This document shows positions 1 through 11,600 of a stretch of 64,000 nt of DNA, piece by piece (position 1 is the stretch's first letter; every line of letters begins with the position of its first letter). A program made the translations under genes and the position numbers. The notes beneath the pieces are model-generated. The model was not told where the DNA came from. It ran no database searches and saw nothing but the letters and a program-made list of their open reading frames with translations. This DNA is from Phoronis australis (Eukaryota > Animalia > Phoronida), in the NCBI GenBank assembly GCA_002633005.1, contig NMRA01000479.1, forward strand, positions 270,782 to 334,781. The letters run 5' to 3'.

Positions 1-233
1 TTAGTGTGAACACTCCTGCACACCAATAATATATCGAGAGATAGTCAACGGGAATAAGTCAAAGTCGTCAGTGTTACAATGATGTTGAGATACACAAAAG
101 TTGTGCGTGTTATCTGAGTTGGCCGTGTTCGTTTGAATACGAGAGCACATTAAACCGGCACCAGCTCTCCATGAGTTGCCGTTAATCCGCATGAATGTGA
201 AAGCTCTCAAGATATGCGAGCTGTTTATTGCAC

Positions 234-425
234 TTAAAGCTGAAAGTCGTCCTGTTTAGCTGGTTAAAAACGAAAATCGAATCAGGCCTTTTTACTCCCA
301 TAAAATTGGTCTCATAATATACCTTACCGCGTCAGGATTTCATTTCCGTTATCAACAAGAACAAAATCATGTGCGACTAGAGAAAATGTTTCAGAATTGA
401 CTGGGGTAGGACAACCTAAATATTG
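234..425 (+). mobile_element. Truncated TTAA-flanked MITE (same family as 16881-17223)
   Basis: ttaaagctg...aggccttttactcccataaaat...ctcataatat...gatttcatttcc aligns by eye with 16881-17070. Confidence 0.55.
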
Positions 426-1344
426 CGGATTCGGTATAGCGTTAGTACGCATTGTCTGTGACGTGAGTTGCCAGCTGTTTCGATAATAACTCAAGATCGA
501 ATGCGCGTGGAAATGTTTTTAAACCTCAAAGCGTTAAGTTCGGTTAAAACTTCAACGTTCAGCTAAACAGGGGCAAAATGCACTTCTAAAGTTGGTGGAT
601 CCTTGCCTTTCAGTACCATTTTGGATTGGTATGGAAACTATATTTTATAAGTTTCAACAAAGTCTTGAGTTTTTCAAGAACCATGCGTATCATGGATAAA
701 ATTAACTTTGACAGAAGTAAACCATCTTTTAAGAGAAAATGCCCAATGAATATTCATTATAATTAGAGTGCCACCAGACCTATTTTTACAAAAAAGACAC
801 GACAGCGTTTTCCCGTTCAGTGTCTTTACCAGACGAAGGGGGTTCTAAGCGTGTGATAACATCTAGCTTCTTTGTTAACTGCCAAGCAAAGTCTTTTGTC
901 TGTTATGACAACAGGCAGGCGAATTATCTACCAGGCTTATTACAGACTACGTGTGAACACCGTCAAACCCATTCAGAAAGAATAGATTATCGTAACTTCG
1001 GTTGCAGTTGGGCGATTTTAGCTATTCAAAAACTAAACATGATCACCATTAGACGAGGATTTTAGAACTACTATTGGTTTATGTTCAAATATGTTATAAC
1101 TTAACTTTATTTTAACAGCACAGCCCAGTCAGGCTAGATTAGAGCAATTAACGAACAAAAGAGAGCAGGCCCTCCAACCATGAATGCCAGAATGGAGTTA
1201 ATCAGTCGTGTAAGATATTGGCTACAGGAGTAAACTTCCCATATATAGAATCGAACAAGTTGGAAGCAACGGAGCCAATTTGACGCCGGAGTTCTGAATC
1301 TGGCTCGTCACAGTGTACTATATATTATTACTTCATTGTATTAT

Positions 1345-1470
1345 ATTACTGTTTTTCTTGTTGAGGACCCTCTTGGAAAGCAGTGCTGTCACTGAAGAGG
1401 CCACCCTCATTTTAAATATCACAATAATAAATAAAATAAATAAATAAATAAATAAATAAATATAATAAAT
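1345..1470 (+). mobile_element. LINE/SINE-like 3' tail ending in (TAAA)n
   Basis: gaggaccctcttggaaagcag...gaagaggccaccctc stem-loop-like motif followed by the TAAA microsatellite at 1424-1470. Confidence 0.45.
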
Positions 1471-1798
1471 GTAAATATCCCACTTTCTCAAGAATTTATA
1501 ACTCTTCACTTCACTGATGATATATCGATCATGCTGCATAAGTCATGGTTGACCAACTAACATTAGTGGATGCTAATGCTACAAGAACAAGTCCCGCCCT
1601 CCCCCAGATTAAGGTCAAGATAGAGGGAGAGGTGGAAATGTCAGTCATTCGGGTTCCTTGAGTAAATATGAATAACTTGTTATTTTAATAGGTTAAGTTA
1701 CCCATCAAATATAAAACATGGACAGGTAAGTTGTTCGTCCTGTTTATTCCACATTGGTGAGACAGATCATCTAATAATATCCTTGGCTGTCTTACTGA

Positions 1799-2088
1799 AC
1801 CCCGTATACAGCTTTACACAATGGTGTTTCCACCCGCATGTGTATTTACACTGGAGTGTAATTTAACGTAAGGTATGAATTTTTGTCATATAAACGCAAA
1901 TACACTCTGGTGTAAAGCTACACATGGATGTATATTCATACCATATTTTGAGGTCGTGTAAATGTAAATTTACACTCGTACAAACACCTGGTACGAACGC
2001 GCTGCAAATTTACATTTACACCCACATATATATTTATGTATGGTACGCATTTATGCACGGGTGTAAAATTACTGCATATAAGCGGGGA
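1799..2088. mobile_element. Small TIR element rich in TACAC/GTGTA motifs
   Basis: ccccgtatacagc...tttacac at left vs gtgtaaaattactgcatataagcgggg at right (imperfect inverted repeat). Confidence 0.4.
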
Positions 2089-2471
2089 TAGTTTTTGATT
2101 GGTAAATTCAAAAATTCAATATCAAACCTTACCCTCTGACACAGCTCCACCTATACTGTGATAGAGTGTATATCAAACCTTGGCAAATTAACTAAGTGTG
2201 TCCGGGTTTGAACGCCCCCACTCGGCCATCCCCCCAATATCCGCAAACGTTCTCTCTCATCAACGTGCAACGTTCGTTTCTCTTAAGGTTATGTAAAGTC
2301 TTATTGACAAGTTGGTATATTTAGCCAAATACCTACAAAACTATAGACATTAACAGAGTAAAAGTGAATATTTTCTGAACTTAGCTTGATTTTTGCCCTG
2401 ACTCCGTTGCACACAGAAGCCACAGGAATGCTTGCAATAAGCTAAAGGCCAAGACTGGGCAACTATGGAAC

Positions 2472-2640
2472 ATGCCTAGTGATGTCCAGGTCACAGCTTT
2501 AAATCATACAAACAATTTCTTCACGGAAATTGGCGATGGATGGCCTACCGCAGAACACAACAATGAGGTGGTTTGTTATACAGACGGCTTTACTGGAAAA
2601 TGGCCAGACATGTGCTGGTGTCATGAAATCCGTGATATTC
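2472..2640 (+). pseudogene. Non-LTR retrotransposon RNase H remnant
   Basis: Translation ...WPTAEHNNEVVCYTDG resembles the first RNase H motif (YTDGS); truncated. Confidence 0.4.
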
Positions 2641-3824
2641 CTGATACGTATATAATTCTTAGTATGTTAGTTTGATAGTGTTATTGCTTATTGATATTGT
2701 TTCTTTGCTAGCCAATTGTTTGTGTTTATAGAAACTTGTTTTAACCTGTATTATTATATGTAACAAAGACGCAACAAAGGAAAATAATGATAGAGCCCCG
2801 TAGGTGATAACCATGCTACGCGCGCTTACGCCGCCCGTCGCAAGTCAGCTGGCAATACCTTACGACCTCCATACGACGTCAAAGTTTCGTATTATCACAG
2901 AACGGTTAGAGTTCTGTAATATCAAGTACGTATGAACAAAAAAGGAGATAAAAAGTAGGACATAAATCATTGGGAGACCAGTGACCAGAATGCCTTTGCA
3001 CCAGTTCGTTACATCCAAATGTTTAAAAGTGAATAGTATTGCAGGGTTTCAAGCAGTTTTAGGCATAATGGTAGGAAAAAGTAGGAAAAAGTGGGAACAA
3101 GAGCAGGCATTCTGAATCAGTTTTCATCGATATTTACCAATGACGTTCACCTCATAGTCGTGTCACAGGAAGTAGTCACCATTCGTTGGAGAACCAGCAG
3201 GACTTTATTCACACTGTTGAGTGCAAAAGGTTTGACAGAGTAATTTTATTGTACATCATCTACCATTGAAGGAAAGGGGGATCTTAAGTTGCACAGTCCT
3301 GGACTTATGTCCCTGGGGGGGGGGTCCAAAATTTCGAGTGCATCACCCGTTTCAAGTTTATTTCATTCAAATTAACACCCAAATTAAAATGGTACAAGTT
3401 AAGACGTGAAAATGCCTGGGGTTAGTTCAGTAACTAACTCTGGACACTACATCCTGGAGTTAGCAGATAAGACAGGGGTGTCTGGACTACAAAGGATAAC
3501 AAGACCCCCAAAAACGAACTTGCATAAAAGATTATTACGGCTAAATCATATTATTAAAAAAACACATCTGAAGACATGACCAATTTACTCTCAAATACAA
3601 GAACAATGAAACAAAAACTAAGTTACGATACATCTGGGGTAACTAAATAAGCTGACTTCAAATTAAAGTTAAACTGCTTGAAGCATATCAAATGGCAACA
3701 AATGAAAGTACATGGGATTATGATGCATGGCACAGTCTATTGTTTCACAGATAAAACCTAAATTTAAAAGGCAATAATAATTATTCACTCTGCTGTAACT
3801 TAACTGCAAACACCGTGATCCTCG

Positions 3825-4700
3825 TCACAGCTCTTCATCAGATGATTCAATAGGATCATGATCATTGTCTACATCACTGTCCATACCATCATCCCTCTCT
3901 TCATCAGATGATTCAATAGGATCATGATCATTGTCTACATCACTGTCCATACCATCATCCCTCTCTTCATCAGATGATTCAATAGGATCATGATCATTGT
4001 CTACATCACTGTCCATACCATCATCCCTCTCTGCATCGCCACCATTGTCATCTGGCTTTGTTTCGACTTGAACCTCTGGAATAAGCACAGGGGACATCTG
4101 CTCTCCACTGAACCAAATGATGTGAAATAAGTCTTCAACATTTTCCCATCCATTGGTGGGTACTTTGTCTTAGATTTGGAGATGAGTGCAACTCCATAGT
4201 CTACCAGTAAATACACTTCTTTCCACGTGAAGTGCTAGTTCAACTTTACACGGTGGAATACTACTGCCATTTAAGCTTTTCAAAAGGGTGCTTAGCGTTG
4301 ACTTTCGGTTATCGCGGCTCAGTGAAGTAAATGCTCTCAAGAGCTTATATCACATTTTGCCACAATTGCATATGGTCTGTTCTTTCCTTTCCATACAAAT
4401 GCACAGGTATACTCACATCCAGTGAACACGTGCAGGTCTAGGAGTGCAAATAGCTATCATAGTAGCAATCTTAGTTACGTTTAACTAACGCAGATCACCT
4501 TGTCCTCTAGTCCCAGCCTCCATCCACACCATGGATGTAACTCAATGGACATGATGTAGGAGTAACACTAGAATGTCAGTGTCAGAAGCTCTTATGATGA
4601 TGTTGCCAGGTGAGGACTTGTCCACCTCAATCATACGAAGGATGACTCAGGTGTCGGCTTCCGAGTGATTACAATTTAGAGGTGGAACTGATTCTATGAA
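3825..4700 (-). pseudogene. Disrupted XPG-like nuclease domain of the Academ protein
   Basis: Minus-strand motifs NHSEADT*VILR, IIIRASDTDILVLLL, ALLDLHVFTGCEYTCAFVWKGK, IPPCKVELALHVER, PTNGW..IIWFSGEQM, then an acidic tail; contains stops and frameshifts. Confidence 0.75.
3831..4031. repeat. 66-bp tandem repeat x3 (22-aa acidic unit)
   Basis: Unit starts at 3831, 3897, 3963; encodes DDGMDSDVDNDHDPIESSDEER on the minus strand. Confidence 0.95.
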
Positions 4701-7535
4701 TACTGCTTCCAACAAAGTAGCGAGTATACTCTCACATCACCCCCAAATACGCTTCCCCGCTTATATACACAAGTGGACTGTAGAAGTTGTTCGACCAATC
4801 CTTGGTGAGAAAGACGGGAAGCTCTCGTTTTAACGACTACCTCTTGAGTTGTTTTGTGAAGCTTGAATCTCTTTTCTGTTCAGATCCTTCTATAACAAGT
4901 TTCCCTTCTACAACAGGGTATTTTTATCCCTCGGGGTCCAAAAAGCCTAGTCTTAAGTGTCTTAAGTTGTGGATATTGTATCCAAGTTTGCTAAACTATC
5001 TTTTGGGAAAAGAAGTTTTTGTTGTACAGGGACTGTCACGCAAATTCCTTATCTCTGTGATTGCTTGGTCAAAGTAATTAGAAACACAACATATAGCGAC
5101 CACGTGAATATGAAGTACATTGAATAAGAATGAGTTTGTGTCGAAAATTATCCACCGTAGATCAATCAACCGTGTCCAGTAATTAAGTATCGTGATGTAG
5201 TGTTGAGGAATAACACTGCATGATGTGGGCTATGTGAGCCCCCAAGGTACGTCATTCGTGCAAAGGTCATTTTCACAATTTTACAAATTGTCAACAAATA
5301 CAACTGCACTTTGTTTAGCGTAGATGATGTTCAAATAGCATTTTTTAGTTCCTGCTATACATTAGCGTAGTTTGGAGCACGCAAATACATCTTTCATTAA
5401 TTGGTCGTTAATTACTAAGTGTCTTAATTAATAACACATGTATTTTTTGTGTCTTTTAAAAGTTGTATTTTTGTTCAATTCAAATAATGTTTTATCCATA
5501 GCAGAAATAAAAATTGTAATATTTCCTCTTTTATACAAGTTCATTTTAGGGGTCTTGTTATCCCTTAGGGTCCAAACAACCCCATTTTATCTGCCAACTA
5601 CAGGAAAAATGGCGCCTTAAGTTGTGGATATGGTGTCCAGAGTTACTAAACTATCTTTTGGAACAAGAATTTTTGTTACACTTAAAAGTTGAAATAAATT
5701 ATTTATTGGTTGTTAATCAGTAGGCATCTTAATTAATAACCCAGGCATTTTCATGTCTTAAGTTGCATCATTTTAATTTGAGTGGTGATTTGAATGAAAT
5801 AAACTTGGAATGGATTTTGCACTCAAAATCTTAATTAAATGGATTTTTGGGCCCTCTTTTGCATCGCCCATGGACCAAACCCCAGGATTGTGCAACTTAA
5901 GATGCCTTCCTTCAATAGCAGGAAATGTGCGGTAGAATTATGAGCTCAAACCTTATACAGTCCAAAGTTGAAGTCCTGCTGACTCTACAACTACACATGC
6001 CTTAGAATTGCATCGCTTGTTCTGGAGGAAGTTCTTCATGTGCTGTTCCTCACTACTCCAAAAACATAACTTGGATGGAAATTTTAGAGCAGTGAGAAAA
6101 AACTACGAAAAAGTAGGATATAATAGAAATTTCAGAAAAAAGTAGGAAAAATAGGAACAGACCAAAAAAGTATGAAAAAGTAGGAACGCTTGAAGGCCAG
6201 GTATTATTACAAAAAAAGATTATTATCCCCTTCACGAGAATAAATTCGAGTTATTCCCACAACAGGCGCAAATGCCGCAGCCATAAAAATAACGATACAA
6301 CCGTTTGTAACAATTGATTTTCCTATACTCGTGACAAAAAACAATTGTCCAAAAATTGCATATTTAAACTTATTTAAAAAGCGTAGGTTTGTTTCAGTTC
6401 CAGCGCCGGAATACGGTCTACTTTACACGCTTTTCCTAACTGACATCCCCGTAGCCTGCCGCGTCGGTTTGTGCCGATGCGACTCGATGGCTGCGCGCTG
6501 CTTGGCGAGAAAACCGTACAACGAAGAATTCGTCTGGCATGACAAAAGACAGTGCATCGAAAAGTAAAGCCAGAAAGAGAAGCTTACGAACAGTCATAGC
6601 GATAAAAAGCACGGTACTGGAGACCTTTGAAGAAGACTTGAACTAGACCATGACTGGAATTGTAATTGCATCAGTTTCTAAGGGGGGGAGGGGGGGGGGG
6701 NGTTACCAAAAGTCAGGTGGTCAAACATCTATTTTTAAGTGCTAACAGATATTAAAAACACGTTTCATAAAACTGTTAGGCCAAGTTCACTTTTAATGCG
6801 TTACTTTATAACTGTTATTTTAAGAACGGTCGACTGACCTTTGCTTAAACAAGGTACTGAAACATATCCGAAATATCATGCAGGACATTGGCAAGAGAAG
6901 AGCAAAAAACGTCAATATAAATATTCCCAAACCGGAGCTCACGATTCAGTGACAGAGGAGCTGTCAAGCCATTTTATGATGGAGATTAACCTCTAACCTG
7001 TCTATTATGAGGGCCAACTGGTCACCACTATGCAAATTATCTGGTGTTTTCTGTGTAAGGAGAAAGTGTTCCACCATAAGACACTAGTAAGACTACTGAA
7101 ACTAATTATTAATCCTAATTCATGACAGTGAAGTGCCCAGTAGGACCGCTGGAGCTACAGTGAAGTGCCATGTAGGACTGCTGGAGCTAATTAATAATCA
7201 TTCAGGTTAATCTTTCAGTTACATAATAAATAATGCCACACCATTAACAATAGTTTATTTACCCTCAGCATTAGTAAAAATTCTGTCAACACCTGCAAAA
7301 CAAATGAAGGAATGACACACTTCATATTTCACAAGAGACAGACACGGCTCGGTTCAAATGGCTTCAATACAAAAACTGAGACACACGGTATATGTTCCTA
7401 AACTTTTCACTGAGCAAATCAACAGCTGCAATAATGGTTAGGGATAATTTTACTTCAACCAGGTAAGGCATGACTGCAATTACTGTTCATTATTCTTAAA
7501 CTTTTGAACTTGACATAACATGAATTGAGACTAAA

Positions 7536-7674
7536 GCAGTAACTGTAGCCAATAACTGTAGCCAATAACTGTAGCCAATAACTGTAGCAGTAACTGTAGC
7601 CAATAACTGTAGCCAATAACTGTAGCCAATAACTGTAGCCAATAACTATAGCAGTAACTGTAGCCAATAACTGT
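7536..7674. repeat. 13/12-bp minisatellite (AACTGTAGCCAAT / AACTGTAGCAGT)
   Basis: About 11 units seen directly. Confidence 0.95.
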
Positions 7675-8636
7675 GCCCAAGATAAAGTTCAGTAAAACAA
7701 CACAAATGACAGAAATTGCAGTAAAATCCAATAAAATAGTAAAAATAACTCTACTGATTTATTCAATGAAACATGCAACTGCTAAGAAAGCATGCTATAA
7801 AATTCATTATCAAAAGTTGCACACCAGAAAGTCATCAAATGTAAATAAAGTTTATCCACAGAAGTAAAACTCTTTTAGTTTTACCGGCCTTACATGCAAC
7901 CAAGCAAAATGCATACACCAAAATACGAACAACCTTGAAGGTGGAGAGGTTCGAAGATATTGTATTCACACAAAATACAACAAAAGCTTGCAGACGCAGT
8001 TGTCCTTAGCAATATATTCACACAAAATACAACACAATCTTGTAAGTGTAGTTGTCCTTAGACATTGTGTTCACACTTTTAGCCAATACCCCTTTTGACT
8101 AGATTTATTGTGTAATCATGAACGAAGGAAATCAATTTTGTTGACTAGTATAATCATAGATTTTCTGCTATACATGCACATTGTCAGACAATTATACAGC
8201 AAACAGACTAAAACCCGTAAGTTATCTCAATATGTTAAAGGACCATTAAACCTCTGTTTTCATTTGGTTTGGTCCACACAAAATTTTTATGAACTTCACC
8301 TAAAGAAATAGCAAACTGTCAGTTCTTCCATAGCCTAACAGTAAATGGTATAAAATTAATGCAAACTTGATTTTTTGACACAAAGCACACTTTAACCTGG
8401 CACTTCCACTATCAGATTTTTTTGTTCCTTTAAACTGCTAAAATAATTAAGTAAAAAATTCAGTTTTGTAAAAATAGTAAATTAGTTGTGCTGTAACACC
8501 ACACCAGCCTGTTGTAGATTTAAATGAAATCTTGGAATTTCTAATATAAAAACTTATGTCAGTAAAAATGTAGTCAATTGTGCAAGTGCAACTTTAAGAA
8601 TAATGAACAGACAGACAGCATGAAAACATTGAGAGC

Positions 8637-8685
8637 TCATAGGAGAGGATCTGTTCCATTCCAGTCTATTTGGGCATCATTCCAC
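8637..8685 (-). CDS. MINDY4: MINDY4 last coding exon
   Basis: tttttgc[21 protein letters not shown]. Confidence 0.92.
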
Positions 8686-11600
8686 CTGCAAAAACAACAT
8701 ACAGTGAAACAAACAACAAACAGTGACATAATCAACAACCAGGCCCGATCATGATTTAAAAAATGGCAAAATGGTGAGTTCAAAAGCATTGCTAAAATAA
8801 AGAAATATGCTGAGACATTTAATTACAGTTACAAAAAAAGAAAACAAGTCCTGTTCCTTTTAATTATTTTTCTCACAATAAAAATGATTAGAATAATACG
8901 CTTGAGCTTTACAGAAAAATAAACTGACCGCTGACTTTAATTGTTACTTTTATTTCTTTATCCATGTAATCTGTTCTAAATGTTTACCAGTTTCGGAAAC
9001 CTCAATGCAGAGTTTGACAATCTGGACCATAGCATGTGGCCATAACTTACTTGGTTCTGATGCACAGCTCAAGAGGAGGCACAAGGTCATCCTCAGTCGG
9101 TGGCTCAAAAAAACGGTTGGTTGTGTCTGAAAGCAGCACAAAGAATCGTTAAACATCGCAATTAGTATAGGTTTAAGATGAAACATGATGCTTGGACCTA
9201 TTTTGTTGATGTGGACCTTTCACTTTTGGCAAGATGCGCATCCACTGACAACGTGCCGATTGGCGAGTTCGGTACCTGCCAATTGTTGACCTGTTTAATC
9301 CCAAATTCCTCAATGAAAGGTTAATGTCAGTAGCAGACGACAGGACAAGAGTTTTGAAAAAACTGGAATAAATTCTTTAACGTCCTTTTCCCCATTTTTT
9401 AACAAAAATTTTGTCGAATGCTTACTTGTAAAATTGTAATTTTGTTGAATGCTTACTTGTCAAATTGTAATTTTTTTGAATGCTTACTTGTCAAATTGTA
9501 ATTTTGTTGAATGCTTACTTGTCAAATTGTAATTTTGTTGAATGCTTACTTGTCAAATAGTAATTTTGTTGAATGCTTACTTGTCAAAATGTAATTTTGT
9601 TGAATGCTTACTTGTCAAATTGTAATTTTGTTGAATGCTTACTTGTCAAATTGTAATTTTGTTGAATGCTTACTTGTCAAATTGTAATTTTGTTGAATGC
9701 TTACTTGTCAAATAGTAATTTTGTTGAATGCTTACTTGTCAAATAGTAATTTTGTTGAATGCTTACTTGTCAAATAGTAATTTTGTTGAATGCTTACTTG
9801 TCAAATTGTAATTTTGTTGAATGCTTACTTGTCAAATTGTAATTTTGCACTGCAACACTAGTCAGTCCCACTGTTTGTGCACAATATCCCCGCAGATGAT
9901 CATTTTTCAATATGCGTCTTGTTTTTTATGGCAAGACAGCAAATTCTAAAGCCCTTCTTTTTGGGGCTGAGTACGCGCCGTATGTATGAGTCACCTGTCA
10001 CTCACATATGTTGGTGCCAATGTGACATGCACTCCAGCGATTCAAGTGTGGGAAGTTACGCACGCACCACTCCAAAGCCACATATCAAAAGAGAACTGCG
10101 ACAAAACATTCAAGTATTATATTTTGAAGTAAATCCATCACCCGAAAAAATAATTTGTTAATTGTTGTAATATATTTCACATTGCTTAACTACAGTCTTG
10201 CACTAATTGTTATCATCGATCTTTATCTCTAATAATTCGAACACTTGATTTTCATCTCTCATGGTTCGTATGGCCAGTTTTTCAGACACAAAGCTCTCAA
10301 GGGAAAAATATTTTGTACTTTTTATGTGTATGAACTGTTAGAAAAAACACCAAGCCTATATATCACAAACATTCTAAAGTCTGGTCTGCACACCACCTGT
10401 TGGCCACATCATGTGACCTAGTGAATATAAGTCTGACAAGATTTGTGCCCCAACCAGGACTCCAACCCGGGACCTTCTGCTATCCGTGCAGACACTCTCA
10501 TCCACTGAGCCATCGCGACCACTGGTCGAACACAGAAATCCAATTGGACTAAGCAGTAGGCATCCCGCCCATAAACTCCCAAGTCTATATGAACAGATGG
10601 TGCATGGACCAGACTTAAGAATATTTGCAATGTATATTTCCAAGCTGCTTCAAGATTTACATAATATTACACTTTTACCTATACTGAGTCGTATCACTTC
10701 GTCCTGTTTTCCAAGACCATCAAAGTAGTAAAGATCAAACCGCCTCTCTGCTCTCCAGTCAGTCATTAACTCTTTCTTGACTGAGAATAGCACACTAAAG
10801 TGACTCTCACTACACACTACCCATATGGGGAATTTGGGCGTCTTGAGGTAAGTGCCAACCTGCGGGGAGAAAACAGAAACAAAAGATGTTGGATATGAAG
10901 AACGGTAATGGTCAGTGCACAAATTCTGAGATCCAGTTTTCTCCACTGAATAATGGACATCAAACTGCTTCTCAAAATACGGGCACAAAATATGGGCACG
11001 TTATATCAGACTATTGCCTAATGAACACCTAGCTGTGAATGAGAGCAGAGTGGGCACGTTATATCAGACTATTGCCTAATGAACACCTAGCTGTGAATGA
11101 GAGCAGAGTGGGCACGTTATATCAGACTATTGCCTAATGAACATCCAGCTGTGAATGAGAAACACATGAGGTGTAATGAACACATGTCTGCCTCAATCAA
11201 ACAGTAAATATGCTGAGCACATACCTCCAATGGGTTTAGTGGAAAATGAAGATTTTTGATTGCTTTTTATGTCTAGCAAAAAATAAAAAATATCCAGAAT
11301 AGCGAGAACTGCATAAAAATATTATTGAAAGGAACAAAATTAACATTTTACAGACTAGTTCTTCATTTAATTTCCTCTGATTCACCAGTCTGTCATTCGA
11401 AATACAAGTGGTAACTCCTCGCAGCCTTACAAGTACATGTGCACTTTATAACGGGAAGCTCATTTGTCCTTGACCTAACTAACATTCCCTTGGCTTCATA
11501 TACTACACGATCTCATTATGAGTACATCTAGAGGAAGACTTAGATGAACAAATAATGATCACACAGCACGTTTCCATTACCTGACATGACTTGTAGTGCT

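Larger units (their letters stand above)
3183..5993 (-). mobile_element. Academ (AcademX-like) DNA transposon relic with long TIRs
   Basis: Several-hundred-bp imperfect TIRs (about 3183-3600 vs 5440-5993); right end reads TAG on the minus strand; internal XPG/FEN1-like pseudo-ORF. Confidence 0.7.

Noticed and set aside
6682-6701. G-run as a G-quadruplex or regulatory element
   Set aside because: Ends in an N; homopolymer length and the junction are unreliable
9407-9847. CRISPR-like regular repeats (also 22612-22857, 53023-53465)
   Set aside because: Units are head-to-tail with no unique spacers, there are no cas genes, and the context is eukaryotic
10446-10520. Functional tRNA gene
   Set aside because: Acceptor stem pairs poorly, the T-loop is TTGGAGT, the anticodon loop lacks U33, and it is embedded in a TIR element
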